DNA of 37,018 nt, taken from NCBI GenBank assembly GCA_032718475.1, contig JAUCBJ010004915.1:1-37018 (forward strand), in the 5' to 3' direction. This stretch comes from Nemertoderma westbladi (Eukaryota > Animalia > Xenacoelomorpha). The notes beneath the pieces were generated by a model that was not told the origin of the DNA, did no database searches, and saw only the letters and a list, made by a program, of their open reading frames with translations. The position numbers and the translations under genes are program-made. Positions 16,429-28,484 of the stretch are shown piece after piece. How positions within the stretch are numbered: position 1 is the first letter of the stretch; each line of letters starts with the position of its first letter.

Positions 16429-17807
16429 ATGAGTGAACCTCCTCCATGTTCGAATTGTCACCACCATCAGAGTGCTTCTGGTAATGATACCGCATCAACT
16501 AGTTCAGCTATGATTACCAGTGGCGGGAACTCTGTTAGCTTGTTCAATCCAGGCCGATTACATGATGAAATTGCAAACGTTTTCGCACCGTATAACATAC
16601 CGACTAGAGAGCGTACTGGTAGGAGAGTTCCAGCAGCCAGACGACTTACTTCAATAACTGCAAGACGTGCAGCGACTCCACCTGGCCGACCATCGGCTAC
16701 CGAGTTCTCTAAACCCGTTATAGTGTTAGCTGTTGGCGTTAAGAAAATTGGAATTCGGTCGATTATCAAACATTGTTTAATAACATTTAGCCGTCTAGAT
16801 GACGAGGATGTCATAGCAGAAAAACTCCGCTCAGTACTACTAATGCCCCCAATTTGTAACACAGATTTTAGGTTTGTGAAAGCTATCGATAAGAAGGTAA
16901 AGTTAACATATACATCCAGGTTCAGGCCAATCAAGATACCGGTATCAGTCAATGTAGTGATGATGACAATAACATCCAGGTTCGGACGAATCAAGGAACC
17001 AGTACCGATCAGCGTAGTGATAATGGCGCAATACATGAAACACCGGTAAATATACCAGATGTTATTTGGGTTGATAGCAGCGACGATGATGGTCATTCCG
17101 ATTCCAACATTCCGATTCCTACAGCTCCTAACATTCCAAGTTATACAAAAATAGCACCTGGTGATTTAACTGAACTTAAAAAAGTACAGTTTAGTTATGA
17201 TTACGATGACACATCAGTGCAGTTTACTGACCCTGATAACTTTCAGGTAGTTCGCATTCGAAGGCGTTGTGTTTTAGAAGATACAATTAAAGCAATGGCC
17301 AAATTGGATTTAACAGAAGGAATATTAGTTCGGTATGTTGGAGAACCTGGGTGTGACCAGGGTGGTCTGCGAAGAGATTGGTTTGGTACAGTGATAGGAT
17401 CACTGATTCAATCCTCTATGTTTATTATTATAGATGATAAATACATCATTCCTAGTTTTGCAGATATAACTAAAGTAACAAATGGCTTATTTACTGCAAT
17501 AGGAAAGCTGATTGCACTTAATTTAATTCACGGCCAACAGCTATTTACCATAATGCACCCTTTAGTTAGTCGCTATATGTTATATCAAAATGTTTCGGTG
17601 GGTTGCCTAACATTTCTTAGTGAAATTAACTTAACACCATCATGTGTCTCGGATATAATTCAAGGGTCATTTAGTGACGAAGTTACAGCCAAATGTATTG
17701 AAGCTGGAATTATTATTCCACATGGATGCAACGAAGCACAACGACGTAACATAGCATGTAAAAGCTTTTGCGGACATAACAAGTCATTTTTGCCGCAATG
17801 CGCATAA
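16429..17807 (+). pseudogene. Transposon-borne HECT-type E3 ubiquitin ligase-like gene, C-terminally truncated
   Basis: VRIRRRCVLEDTIKAM...ILVRYVGEPGCDQGGLRRDWF matches the HECT N-lobe consensus (V.F.GE.G.D.GG..RE.F). This frame is open back to ~16893. ORF 16429-16896 can be joined in frame by a GT..AG intron 16897-16979 or by a frameshift. No C-lobe/catalytic Cys motif seen. Confidence 0.7.
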
Positions 17808-19272
17808 TACTCTAAAAGATTGGAGCTCAGATGACGAAATCTGTCAGCTGATTTCCTGTAAACGTGGAACCTCTTTGTTCTGCCTATTCAGCCAATCAGG
17901 AGAGAGGGCTGTTGCATTGTCAGTCAGAGAGGTAACAGCCTGTGGGGTAAGGATTTACCTCTGGGACCTGTATTAGGCAAAATAGCAGTAGCTGTGTAGG
18001 CCCACCAGTACTGTGCACGGTACAAGACCCGAAATTTAGCCTACATCTGTAAATAATACACGGTTTCACGGTACAAGACCATATAAATTAGACCACCATC
18101 TGTAAAATGCTTGCGTGAGTTCAGGAGTTGCACAGATGTCAGGATGTGCTGATTCTATATCATGCACTAGGCCTAACGGATTCTGGTGGCCTTGAACTAG
18201 ACCACCTGACCACTACAAAAACTGATGCAACAGAGCGAGGTGCCGTTAGCCTAACATTTCTCGGAGGCTGGTCCGATAACATTCAACGCATTGTTTGGTT
18301 GGACATTGACATTACCGGTATTGCATTACAGTGTACATTACTGCATTATTACATACGGATTAGTATGGATTGATAAATTGGATATATTTGACGTCAATGG
18401 AGGTTTGGTTTGAGAAATTAATACAGTAATATCACGTAGGCCTACCTGATCATATCTTTGCGTTAATTATTACTAGATCCACTGGCCCCCAGCCACCTTC
18501 AACAAACCATCATTGCCGAGGGGCACTCAGCTAAGGGGGCGGAGCGCATTAAAAACTCTAAGTATCGCGACCTAATAGACCGGGGCCATTTATTTCACCC
18601 CGTGGCCTTTGAGACCTTTTGGCCGCCCTGGTCCAGAGTCCAGAGACATCCACCTTCCTCTGGGAGATCGGGGCTCGTCTCCACAGTGCCACCCACGAAC
18701 CGCGGTCACACCAGTTTCTGCTCCAACGCCTGGAGATGGCAATTTTGGTTGGTAATGCAGCCTCAGTCATGGGGACAGCAACCACACCGACCATCGGTCT
18801 ATTCGGGGACTGAAGAGCCAAAACCAATCGAAACTGTCGAAATGGTTGCCAATGCAGTCATCAACGGGATGACGGCCGAAGATATTCAATATTCAATACT
18901 CTATCTTATTCAATCTCAAATATTCAATGTTCGATCCCTAGATGGGGCAGTACTGTTTGGGCACAGTGCTTTAAATGCTGCAGCCTAGCCCAACCCCGGC
19001 TTTCATCCTTCATTGGTCGATTGGGAACCAAGGCAACTAACTTGGGAAACAGAGTGGAAGGGTTTACTGTGAAAGATCACCCATTTCCCATGGTGGTGAC
19101 CAGGCATTCCTTGGCTTAACAAGCCTAAAAGATTCTCCCATTCAAATATTCAATTCGGTACTGTACCTTCAATTAAATATTCAATCTTAGTATTATTTCT
19201 GTACTGTTATTTAATAATGTGATGAGATAAAAAAAATAAATTAATGAAATATAATTCATCTGTTAATTATTA

Positions 19273-19949
19273 AGAATTAAGTTTTATTTACTGTTTTAAT
19301 ATAATAAAATAAATATATTTCAAGGGCTAAGGGCCCACATTGTCAATAATCAACTGAATGTAAACAGAATTAATGAATTATTACAGCTACCTATTTATGA
19401 AATGTTTTTAACAGTACAAAAGGTACCTAACTGCCTAACTACTAAATTACTATACGCACAAAATTATTTAATTTTCAGGAACCCCCCGCTTTCCAACACT
19501 GCTATACTTAAATGATCTACGTCTGTGGATAATCTCTTGTTAACTGCCCGGGGTCCCAATGATTGAATATACATACTCTCTAATATTAGCCGACCGTGCA
19601 AGTCTGACACTCTCCCTATCACTGTTGCCTTATCCCATAATGGAATGTGTCCAGTAGCTACATGATGGCCCGACAACTCGGATGCTTTGGGCCTACGGTG
19701 TTTAACATCCCCCTGATGCTGGGTCAGATGGACATCAAGACTGTTAACTGTGAGAGAGTGTTGTACTGTTAAAAACATTTCATAAATAGGTAGCTGTAAT
19801 AATTCATTAATTCTGTTTACATTCTAGTTGATTATTGACAATGTGGGCCCTTAGCCCTTGAAATATATTTATTTTATTATATTAAAACAGTAAATAAAAC
19901 TTAATTCTTATTGATATTGCCTTACCATCCTCAATCGACTATTAACTAA
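19273..19949 (-). mobile_element. 5'-truncated Penelope-like element (GIY-YIG C-terminus) with inverted pseudo-LTR
   Basis: ORF 19464-19778 has QH...SELSGHHVATGH...W...R.ILES.YI...VN, typical of the PLE GIY-YIG C-terminus. ~150-bp inverted repeats at ~19272-19419 and 19761-19910. 13-bp direct repeat CTGTTAATTATTA at 19260-72 and 19950-62. Confidence 0.8.
19311..19346 (-). ncRNA. Putative minimal hammerhead ribozyme variant in the PLE pLTR (second copy on + at ~19835-19870)
   Basis: UUGACAA-[GGGC cctta GCCC stem]-GAAA-UAUAUU: core CUGANGA with C3U/G8A, and a palindromic stem III. Stem I is weak. Confidence 0.45.
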
Positions 19950-21529
19950 CTGTTAATTATTACAAAAAAAATCCAACATTATATTAACATTTATATAGTT
20001 TTGAATTAAATGTTTCGAAATGGAAATTTCTAAATCATCATGGAGATGTAATTGTTCGCACTTACTAATTACAGACAATATCTCCTGGTGCATTATTTCA
20101 ACTTGTGTACACGCTTTTGAAGACCTTTAGCAGTTTAACCTGCCAAAATTTATATGTCTTTTGGTTTATAAATAGACTTTAGAAATTGACAAATATTTAA
20201 TACCAATAAACACAACATTTGCAGAAGCCAGCCTAGTGCGCGTCCATTCACCCGCTGAATATACCCGGGAGACTGGATTCTGAGGGCTTAGATTATTATT
20301 GCAGTGTAAGCTTACTGTATTATTCGATTGATCGTTAATAAATAATTTCTGACTAATATTATTCACTTTCGGGAAATATTAACAGTTCCTTTAGGACGTG
20401 GCGCTCTATCTAGGTAAACAGAGATATGACTTATACTAATCACAACGGTAAGTCGGTAATGCTTATGATTCACGTATGAGGCGCATTCTTTAGGAAATGC
20501 TTAGTTATCAGTCACAATCATGCGCACTACCAGTAACACACAATACTGCTCACTAATTTGCCGACCGTCAATGAATTTTATCATATATAAAGAGAACAGC
20601 AACTGACTCATGTAGGGCTTATCAAATAGCATTAAATACACTACAAACCACAATAATGTAAGTCGCAATCGCTTTATGTAACCTGTCTCTCTAACCTGTA
20701 GTGTATCAAGAAAATTGGGAAATTTGGGTTCTTTATAAATGTTCTCCAAATAATATTCAACCAACTGATACAAAATATGACAACAGTAAAAGCATTAAGA
20801 CGGTAGGTTAAGATATGATATGACAAGTGATTGTTATGGTATGTGATATGATATGTTAAGAACTGTGTTATGATAACAGTTATACGCTCTATAATCTTAA
20901 GCCTACTAATGTTTCTTCTAAAGTCTGAAACGAATTGACTCTAGAGCCGGTGTTCCTGGCCTAGATAGAAACAACACAACAGTATCAAGAAAAACAGTAA
21001 GACTGAACACTCCTAGCATGATCTGCCAAATATCTCCACATCGACAGAAAAAATCGCTCTGATTGGCTGTTAAGCTAAACAAAGAACCATGTGTCCAATG
21101 GCTGTTTCCATGTCAGCAACCAGCTGTTAGATGTCGTAATCTGAATCATCAAGGCTAAGCTGTGCCAGGGTATTTGACGCATTGCGGGTTTTTTGCCTTA
21201 CCATGTCCACCAAAGCACACATATAGAAGAATACTTTTATGTCCGTTAAAACACCTATAACGGTACCTTGCGGTCGAGGGGGACTGAGTATATCCGCAAA
21301 AGCTTTTACAACTTGATATGCCATATTTAAACTAGCCTCTGGCAAACTAATATAAAATTACGAAAACGAAACTAAGGTAATAAAACGGCAGGGCAGTACA
21401 GTAATTAATTACCTACGGCAGCACCGCACCGGTGCGGTACAGTACAGCAGTACCCAAATCTAGGCCTATTGCAGGACATAATTCAAATATCCCGCCTATT
21501 CATGGTATCATAGCAACAACAACAGCTAT

Positions 21530-22050
21530 TAATTACGACGGTCGATCTGGTTCCAGTATTTAATTACGACGGTCGATAATGTCAACATTAATAACGACGG
21601 TCGATCTGGTTCCAGTATTTAATTACGACGGTCGATAATGTCAACATTAATAACGACGGTCGATCTGGTTCCAGTATTTAATTACGACGGTCGATAATGT
21701 CAACATTATTAACGACGGTCGATCTGGTTCCAGTATTTAATTACGACGGTCGATAATGTCAACATTAATAACGACGGTCGATCTGGTTCCAGTACTTAAT
21801 TACGACGGTCGATAATGTCAACATTAATAATGACGGTCGATCTGGTTCCAGTATTTAATTACGACGGTCGATAATGTCAACATTAATAACGACGGTCGAT
21901 CTGGTTCCAGTATTTAATTACGACGGTCGATAATGTCAACATTAATAACGACGGTCGATCTGGTTCCAGTATTTAATTACGACGCACGATAATTATCAGC
22001 ATTTAATTACGACGGTCGATAATTTACAGTATTTAATTAGTGACGGTCGA
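21530..22050 (-). repeat. 59-bp tandem array in right TIR (mirror of the left array)
   Basis: Reverse complement of the left unit, with fewer copies. Confidence 0.95.
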
Positions 22051-22113
22051 TGTTGGTAGCTTTATCGGCCGTCATAAAATTATATCGAATTAAAATACCA
22101 AAAGTATGCCATA

Positions 22114-24536
22114 ATTGGCATTTGTTCTTTGGGTTATAGCCATCCTTGTATAGTGCGCTGCGTATCGCACTTGCATTCGTACCTAAGTCCCTACTGTTCT
22201 TATTACTTGGGTTCGGCCTACTGGGCGTGTTAGGGTTATGTTTATTCGTGTTGTTATTTTTCCCTTGTCCGCTCCATCGTGCAGCCTTACCCACGGCTAC
22301 ATGTGGACTAGCAGTCCCCTGCGTCGCCGTGTGTGTATGGCTACTACTACTACTACTAGGATCGGCATGCTGCATTGCAGCTGCATTTTTAAGAATGCTG
22401 TGCCGGCTTGTCAACAAAATTGCACCACCACAACTCCCTATCACCCATGACATTTGCTAGATCATCCGCATCTTTAAGGCCAGTGTCCTTTAAGATGCGT
22501 CTCAAGAAAGTCATGGGCTGTCCACCATGCTTATTCACTCCATGAGGCTGCCAAAGTACAAGATTATGCACTGGCTGGTCCTCACGGCGAAAGCAATGTC
22601 CTGCAAAGCGGAGGCGATTTTGTTCTAGTGTCAAGCTTGGGGGAACCAATGAGACACCTCCAATGTTATATAGTGTCTGGTTGGAGATGTGTGCATTGTA
22701 CTTGACACAATGAACCCGGCGTAGCATTCTTGTGAATGTGCCATCCAGAGATTTGGTGTCTTCAGCAGTTAGAGCCCAGCATGGACTCCCGTAGAGGAGT
22801 ACTGGAACTACTGCTGCTCTGAATAATCGGACCTTAAGTTTCCGATTAATTCTCGGTGACTTCCAAATCCTGGAAAGCCTATTCAAGGCTGCCCATGCCT
22901 TTCCCTTACGTATTCGAAGGTCCTCACCTGACTTCCGGATCCATGATCCCAGGTAACAGAAGTCGTCCACATGCTCAAGCATACCATCCTTTGAGCTTAT
23001 GCTCATCCGATCAGAGACTTGCTGAGGACTTTCAAAGTTAACTGTCAGAATTTTGGTCTTTCTGGAGTTAATAAAAAGACCAACACTAGAAGCAGCATGT
23101 TCTAATGAGCTGAGGAGCCGTTGGGCTCCCTCTAATGATTCCGAGAGTACTCCTAAGTCATCAGCAAAGTCTAGATCAGTTAGGTACTTGGCAGGATTTC
23201 CTCGCCTTCTGGAGCCAGTAGGTGGAGTTATCATCACCCCATCATCATTATAATGATCTAAGGACATGCGTAGAACATAGTCAACCACAATAATGAACAA
23301 GAATGGTGCAAGTGTGTCTCCTTGGAGGACGCCCCATAACACTTCAAATGGTTCTGTGTCACCGTCAACAGTAGACACAAATGTTGTCGAACCATCGTAT
23401 ACTGATCTGATTGCTGCAATAATTTCATCAGGAATCCCATATAATGAAAGTATGCTGAACATACGTGAACGAGAGACTGAATCAAAGGCCTTGAAGAAGT
23501 CAACAAAGATAACAGCCAGATGCCTGTCTTTCTTTTTTGATAACTCTTCAATTATCCTTCTAAGTGCCAAAATGGGCTCCATGGTCCCACGACCTTTACG
23601 GAACCCATTCTGATTTCCACGGAGCAGTCTCTCAAAGTGTGTATGGCAGCGATTGTCTGAGCTTTGGCAATGCGTTCGCCGTATTGTGTTCTGGTTTCGG
23701 CCTACTGTATTCGGTCTTTGGTCCCTTTCCCAGGCTATCCTTGCTATAGACTGGGTCTGTTATTAGTTCGGCTTCGTAGTTAAGGAAGCTCGACATTTCT
23801 TCTAGGCCCAGCTCCGCACCCTTCCTCTCTCGAGTGGAGAAAGCGATTTTTCTCCACTTATTGCGCAGCCAGATTGGCAGTGCCTGTGCTATCGTGGTGA
23901 TGTTATTGGATGCGTTAAGTTCGTATGGCGCGTCCAGCGTCTTTAACACGACTAGCGCTTTCTCGACTTTGTTCGCAAATGTCTTTATGCTAATGGGATT
24001 ATCCTAAGGCCACCCGATGTTATACCTCTCAGGGTTTGCCGGATGATCTTGGCTGGGTGCCCATACTCCCTGTCTAGAGCCCGCCATGCTGTCGTGAAGC
24101 CACCCTCGATGCCCTGATACTGCCTCACGATGTCGTATGCTGGGCCTCCTGTATCGACGTGTATTGACGCAGGCGGAGTGCCTAAAATATCTGCAAGTGT
24201 ATTTTAGGCACTCCGCCTGCGTCAAGTTCTTCGTCAATATTTCATTGCTGTAAATGCGCCGAAACTGCAGGTATTCTTCCGGCCTACTTCCGTCGAATTT
24301 AAATGGCTCTACGGGTGGTAGTTCGATCCTGGTCTTTAAGGCATCGATTAATGTAGCCATTCCCATCGCCTGTGCTTCCAATGGGTTCAATGGATGCTGT
24401 ACAGATTCTGCCATTGGGAGAGTTGGAACTGACGGAGGAGAAGGGAAGGTCAGATCCAAGAGAGTTGGAACTGACAAGGAGAGTGGGACAAAGAGTAAGA
24501 GGACCTAAAGGGGGGCAGTGGGAGAGTTGGTGGGAA
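22114..24536 (-). pseudogene. gag: BEL/Pao gag (N-terminal part), disrupted by an RTE insertion and frameshifts
   Basis: RIELPPVEPFKFDGSRPEEYLQFRRIY (BEL gag DUF1759-like start) and IAQALPIWLRNKW...FLNYEAELITDPVYS. Collinear with pol once the inserts are removed. Confidence 0.85.
22342..23636 (-). mobile_element. RTE-clade LINE, 5'-truncated, RT region open (ORF 22389-23582)
   Basis: QNGFRKGR, FVDFFKAFDSV, GVLQGDTLAPFLF, DLDFADDL, FCYLGS. (TAG)n 3' tail. 11-bp TSD GTGTGTATGGC (22331-41, 23637-47). Confidence 0.95.
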
Positions 24537-26012
24537 TGAGGGCGATACACCCTTCCCACAAATAAATAATATAAAATAGTATATAAAAATAAATAATAAG
24601 AGTAGGTACAATTACGTACGTCTGATGGGTACATAATGTACAAATACGTACGTAGTAATGTATGGTACGATGCACCAATATACAGTAATTTACGCATGCC
24701 GGGTCAATGGGACCATACATACGCACTAAACAATTACGTACGTCTGATGGGTACATAATGTACAAATACATACGTACTAACATATGGTACAACGTACCAA
24801 CATACAGTAATTTATGCAAGCCAGGTCACTGGGACCAAATACCGAATCAATGAGAATAATGACTAGAATAGTAGGACGAGACTTTAGACGGATCTCACTG
24901 ACATGATGTACACATGTGTGGGACCCAATAAGTGTGTGGAGAGTGAAAACGAAAATGGGGAAATGGGGGAAGTATGGGCAGGAGGTGTTGACATGTGAGG
25001 GAGTGAAAGGAGTGCAATTCAAGTGTGGGGAGCGATCACGGAGGAGAATGAGTCCCAAGGGACTGGTGAGAGAGGAAGGGACAGCGAGGTCCGTGAGGAA
25101 GATTAGAGGAAGTTTAGAGGTAAATTGTGTGGAGAGTGAGCACAATGGTCTCAAACAGAGACACCAGATACGTTGGTGCAACATAGCTCGCGAATGCACA
25201 AAGGATGGGTAGTAACAACAGACCCATTGGGGCCGGTCTTGAAAGCCGAGCCCAAGAAGAAAACTCCACCCACAACCAATAATAGATTGGATTCCAGCGG
25301 AATTGAAGCGCACTTGTGGTTGATGCTATCTTCTCACCGGGAAGATAGCATGGGGGGGAGTGTAAGTGGAAGCAATTCCCTACATTGCCCACCTAAAATG
25401 GGACCAGTGGCATTTTACCAATATAGTTGGCGATGCGAGATTACCAATAAACAATCTCGCCTCTTAACCAACTCGGGGGGGGGGGGGACACATGCCCTAA
25501 GCCACAGAGAAAGGTGAGAGGTCAAACCACCTCAGAGGGAAAACCCAGCTAGTCGAGGCTAGCAGCAGGGGGTAACACCTACAGGGAGTGCCAAAGTGAC
25601 AATTAGTATATAAGCCAATAGCGGGCAGGGGAGCACGTGGGGAAAGATAGAAGAGCATCCATTTGGTAGCAAAGGCCAGAGTAGTGTAGAGGTGAAATCA
25701 ATATGTATGTGTATCAATCATATAGTTACTCAGATTACTGGTTTACCGGTCAGTTCATTAATCACACAGTTGCAGACTGGCAATAGTTTCGACCGTCATT
25801 TCATATACTGCTGTCATTAATCTGTGTTGCAATCTCTATTATTATTTGTCATACATACTGTGCTATTATCATTGGAAACATTAACACTGAGAAACACAAA
25901 CTTTGTTATTTTCCTGACGGCCTTCGGCCAAAGATATTAGTTCAGCAGCCCAGCAGCGAAGTGACGCTTACAACCTTATCCAGTCAGGATCATTGAACTC
26001 AATCCTGTCACA
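24537..26012 (+). mobile_element. Diverged copy of the BEL LTR in inverted orientation (1.5 kb), no TSD
   Basis: Begins TGAGGGCGATACACCCTTCCCACA (cf. TGAGGGCGAGATGCCCTTCCCACA at 10987 minus) and ends CTCAATCCTGTCACA. ~24860-25700 aligns inversely with ~9040-9830. TATATAA at ~25610. Internal ~121-bp duplication at ~24608-24845. Confidence 0.8.
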
Positions 26013-27044
26013 CACCCACTCGATGAAAGATATCCCTCTGGTGACCTTTGCCGGAGGAGTTCTCTTACAAGATGCCTTCACCAAAGTTGTCATCGACATA
26101 TCATCAAGAATGACATCTATATGTATGACAACCTTAAGTCCCTACCCACATTTGAGGAAGTGATAGAGTTGGCGGAGGGTATGTCCGTGTGCTTAAAGAA
26201 GGGAGGATTTAGATTGACCAAATTGAGCAGCAACTCCCGAAATTGTCTTGAGGCGATTCCTGTTAGTGAAAGAGGCACCAAAGATCTAGACATCATTAAG
26301 GACGACCTACTCGAGACTAAAACGCTCTGTTTTAAGTGGAATACTGAGAGAGGCATGTTTTTCCAGTCGAAACTGTGTGACACGGTTAGAACCAAAAGGA
26401 TTTGTCTGAGTATTCTGAGCACCTACTTTGATCCTTTAGGATTTATTAGCCCAGTGCTCCTAATTGCTTGAAACTTGATACAAAAAATATGGTTAGAAAA
26501 CCACTCTTTGGATGACACGCTACAAGAAGAATTGTTATAAAAAAGGATAAAGTGGGAAGACTCTCTTCCAGTTATAGAGGATTTTAAGACCCTCATACTT
26601 TGGACACGTTCTCCCCTCGTATTCCTATCAACTCCATGTTTTTGGAGATGCCAGCGATATTAGAATAGGCGAGATAGCATATTTTAGAGTGGAAATGTCT
26701 CACTGACAATTTCTAAATATCTTATAAACAACAAATTGCGAGTTCCTTGAGCGGAACTAAAGACAGCTTTATATGCAATGGCTATCAGAAATAATATCAC
26801 CAAACAGATAGACTATAAACTACCTTTTATTGGACAGACGCTGTACTGGTATTAGATTATCTCACCAATCAAGTCTGCCAATTTGGTGTCTTCATTACCA
26901 ACAGAGTTGCAATTATACTCAGCGGAACAGTGGAGACATCCGGGAGCCCGGAAGTCATCAATCCGGCTGACATAGCTTCCAGAGGAGACACACCAAAAGA
27001 ACTCCCAGAAACACCTTGTTGGGTAAGTGGCCCTCATTTCTTAA
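26013..27044 (+). pseudogene. pol: Second, older BEL/Pao pol relic (RT to RNase H)
   Basis: LKKGGFRLTK.SSNS, TKRICLSILSTYFDPLGFISP, QLHVFGDAS, NPADIASRG, WVSGPHFL. Many stops and frameshifts. Confidence 0.9.
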
Positions 27045-27300
27045 CCCTTTTTGGGCCGGGCGTTTTTCACCCCCGCTTAGGGCCAGGGGGGTCGATTCGA
27101 CGCATTCTTTATATTTCGGCCCCGCTTTGGTCAATCGTCTTAATAGTCATTACATCTTAATTGTCTTCATGCTTGTAAAGTAAATTTACTATTAATGTCG
27201 TTAAGAAATAGCTGAGATATGGGCGTTCAAAAAGTGCAGGTATTTGCATGCAGGTATCAGCCTGCAGGGGTCCATTTATTGTATTTAATAAAATAAACAA
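27045..27300 (+). mobile_element. Left end of a piggyBac-like element inserted at TTAA (right end not found)
   Basis: BEL similarity stops at TTAA|CCCTTT (27041-44), followed by GC-rich subterminal GGGGGGTCGATTCGAC. End coordinate is approximate. Confidence 0.45.
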
Positions 27301-28484
27301 TATTCTGGAACATATTATTTATTTGTAGATTATTAATTATTTGATATCATTTTACTAGTCGTAACTACTCATTAAATAAATATAATGCCCCAGAATAATA
27401 ATATATATTACAAATTACAGCACAAAGTTAACTGATTCAACAGCAATAAACCCAATTTACCTAGGTATATAATAAATAAATAGTAGAGGAGTAGGTGGAG
27501 AGTAGTAAAAGTAAATATTATTATTATCGCTAGCCCATTGACTGAGCGGTAAATAATGTAAATTTTAACAGTAACATAATATATTTAAATTATATTATTT
27601 ATGAGAGTAGGCCTTACTTACTATGACATGAAACACCATTGCCAACCGTTAACGATTGGCATGTACAATTGAATCCACCATCAGTATTATTACAAATTCC
27701 ATATGATTTATGGCAATTATGATCATTAGTTATACATTCATCAATATCTGAAACATAGAACATAATTATCATTTTTATAGTTGTGAAAATTTGTTGTTCT
27801 TGTATAGTTTAAATATGAATTTTGACTAAAACATATCAAAAATAGTTAACAGTTTATGGATAGTACTAGATCGTGACAACAGTCGAAACCAGGTGAAAAC
27901 AAGCAAAAACAGTTGGAATGTAGTGAAAACAGATGAAAACAGTTAGATCGTTTAAAAATAATCATCCATGCATTGAGGTGAAAGTAGATATTGAAGTTAA
28001 CTAGGTGTAATCGATTTAAAATTTTGTGGCAATTATTATGTTGTTAAATTAAGATGCCGTTCTACTGTACGTGGTTCAGTTGGTACACACATGTATTTCT
28101 CAAATTTCAAGTACTCCACATTTGTACTGTACGCTTGCTGTTATAAACCCAAATTTTATCACTATTTCCTTGGCCAACCAAAGGATGAGCTCTAAGCATA
28201 GATGCTCGCATTAATAACTAACTCAGCCACGGATATGTTGAGTCACATCTGATTTCTAAAGTAAGGGTTGCGTGATCGGAACCTGTTATAGTATGATCAG
28301 TCCCGAGGCGCCACGCCGTACAGAATAGATGACTTTTCCCTTGGCTAATCCAAGATCTAATTCACTAACCCATTTCTCCCCTTCACGATATGACAGATCA
28401 CCGCCGAATTGTAATCCACAATAAATTATTTAACACATACATCATTTAGTTATATTGCAAATATCGAACAATGATTTTCCATTA

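Larger units (their letters stand above)
15206..22113. mobile_element. 6.9-kb TIR DNA transposon, IS3EU-like, inserted in BEL gag
   Basis: Ends TATGGCA...TGCCATA. 6-bp TSD ATTGGC (15200-15205, 22114-22119). Long TIRs 15206-~16020 and ~21448-22113. Excision restores the gag knuckle NKCQLHTNALHQTMNC. Superfamily call rests on termini and TSD only. Confidence 0.85.

Noticed and set aside
17810-19250. Short ORFs and a ~50-bp duplication downstream of the HECT fragment
   Set aside because: No recognisable motifs or boundaries; probably an unidentified insertion.
20040-21345. Possible transposase of the 6.9-kb TIR element
   Set aside because: Fragmentary ORFs (20501-20773, 21127-21345) show no DDE motifs I can recognise, so not called. 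A profile search is needed.
24505-24536. PPT-like purine tract in front of the inverted LTR
   Set aside because: Better explained as the antisense of the Pro-rich PTLP repeats of gag (GAGAGTTGG recurs at ~24418, 24460 and 24522).
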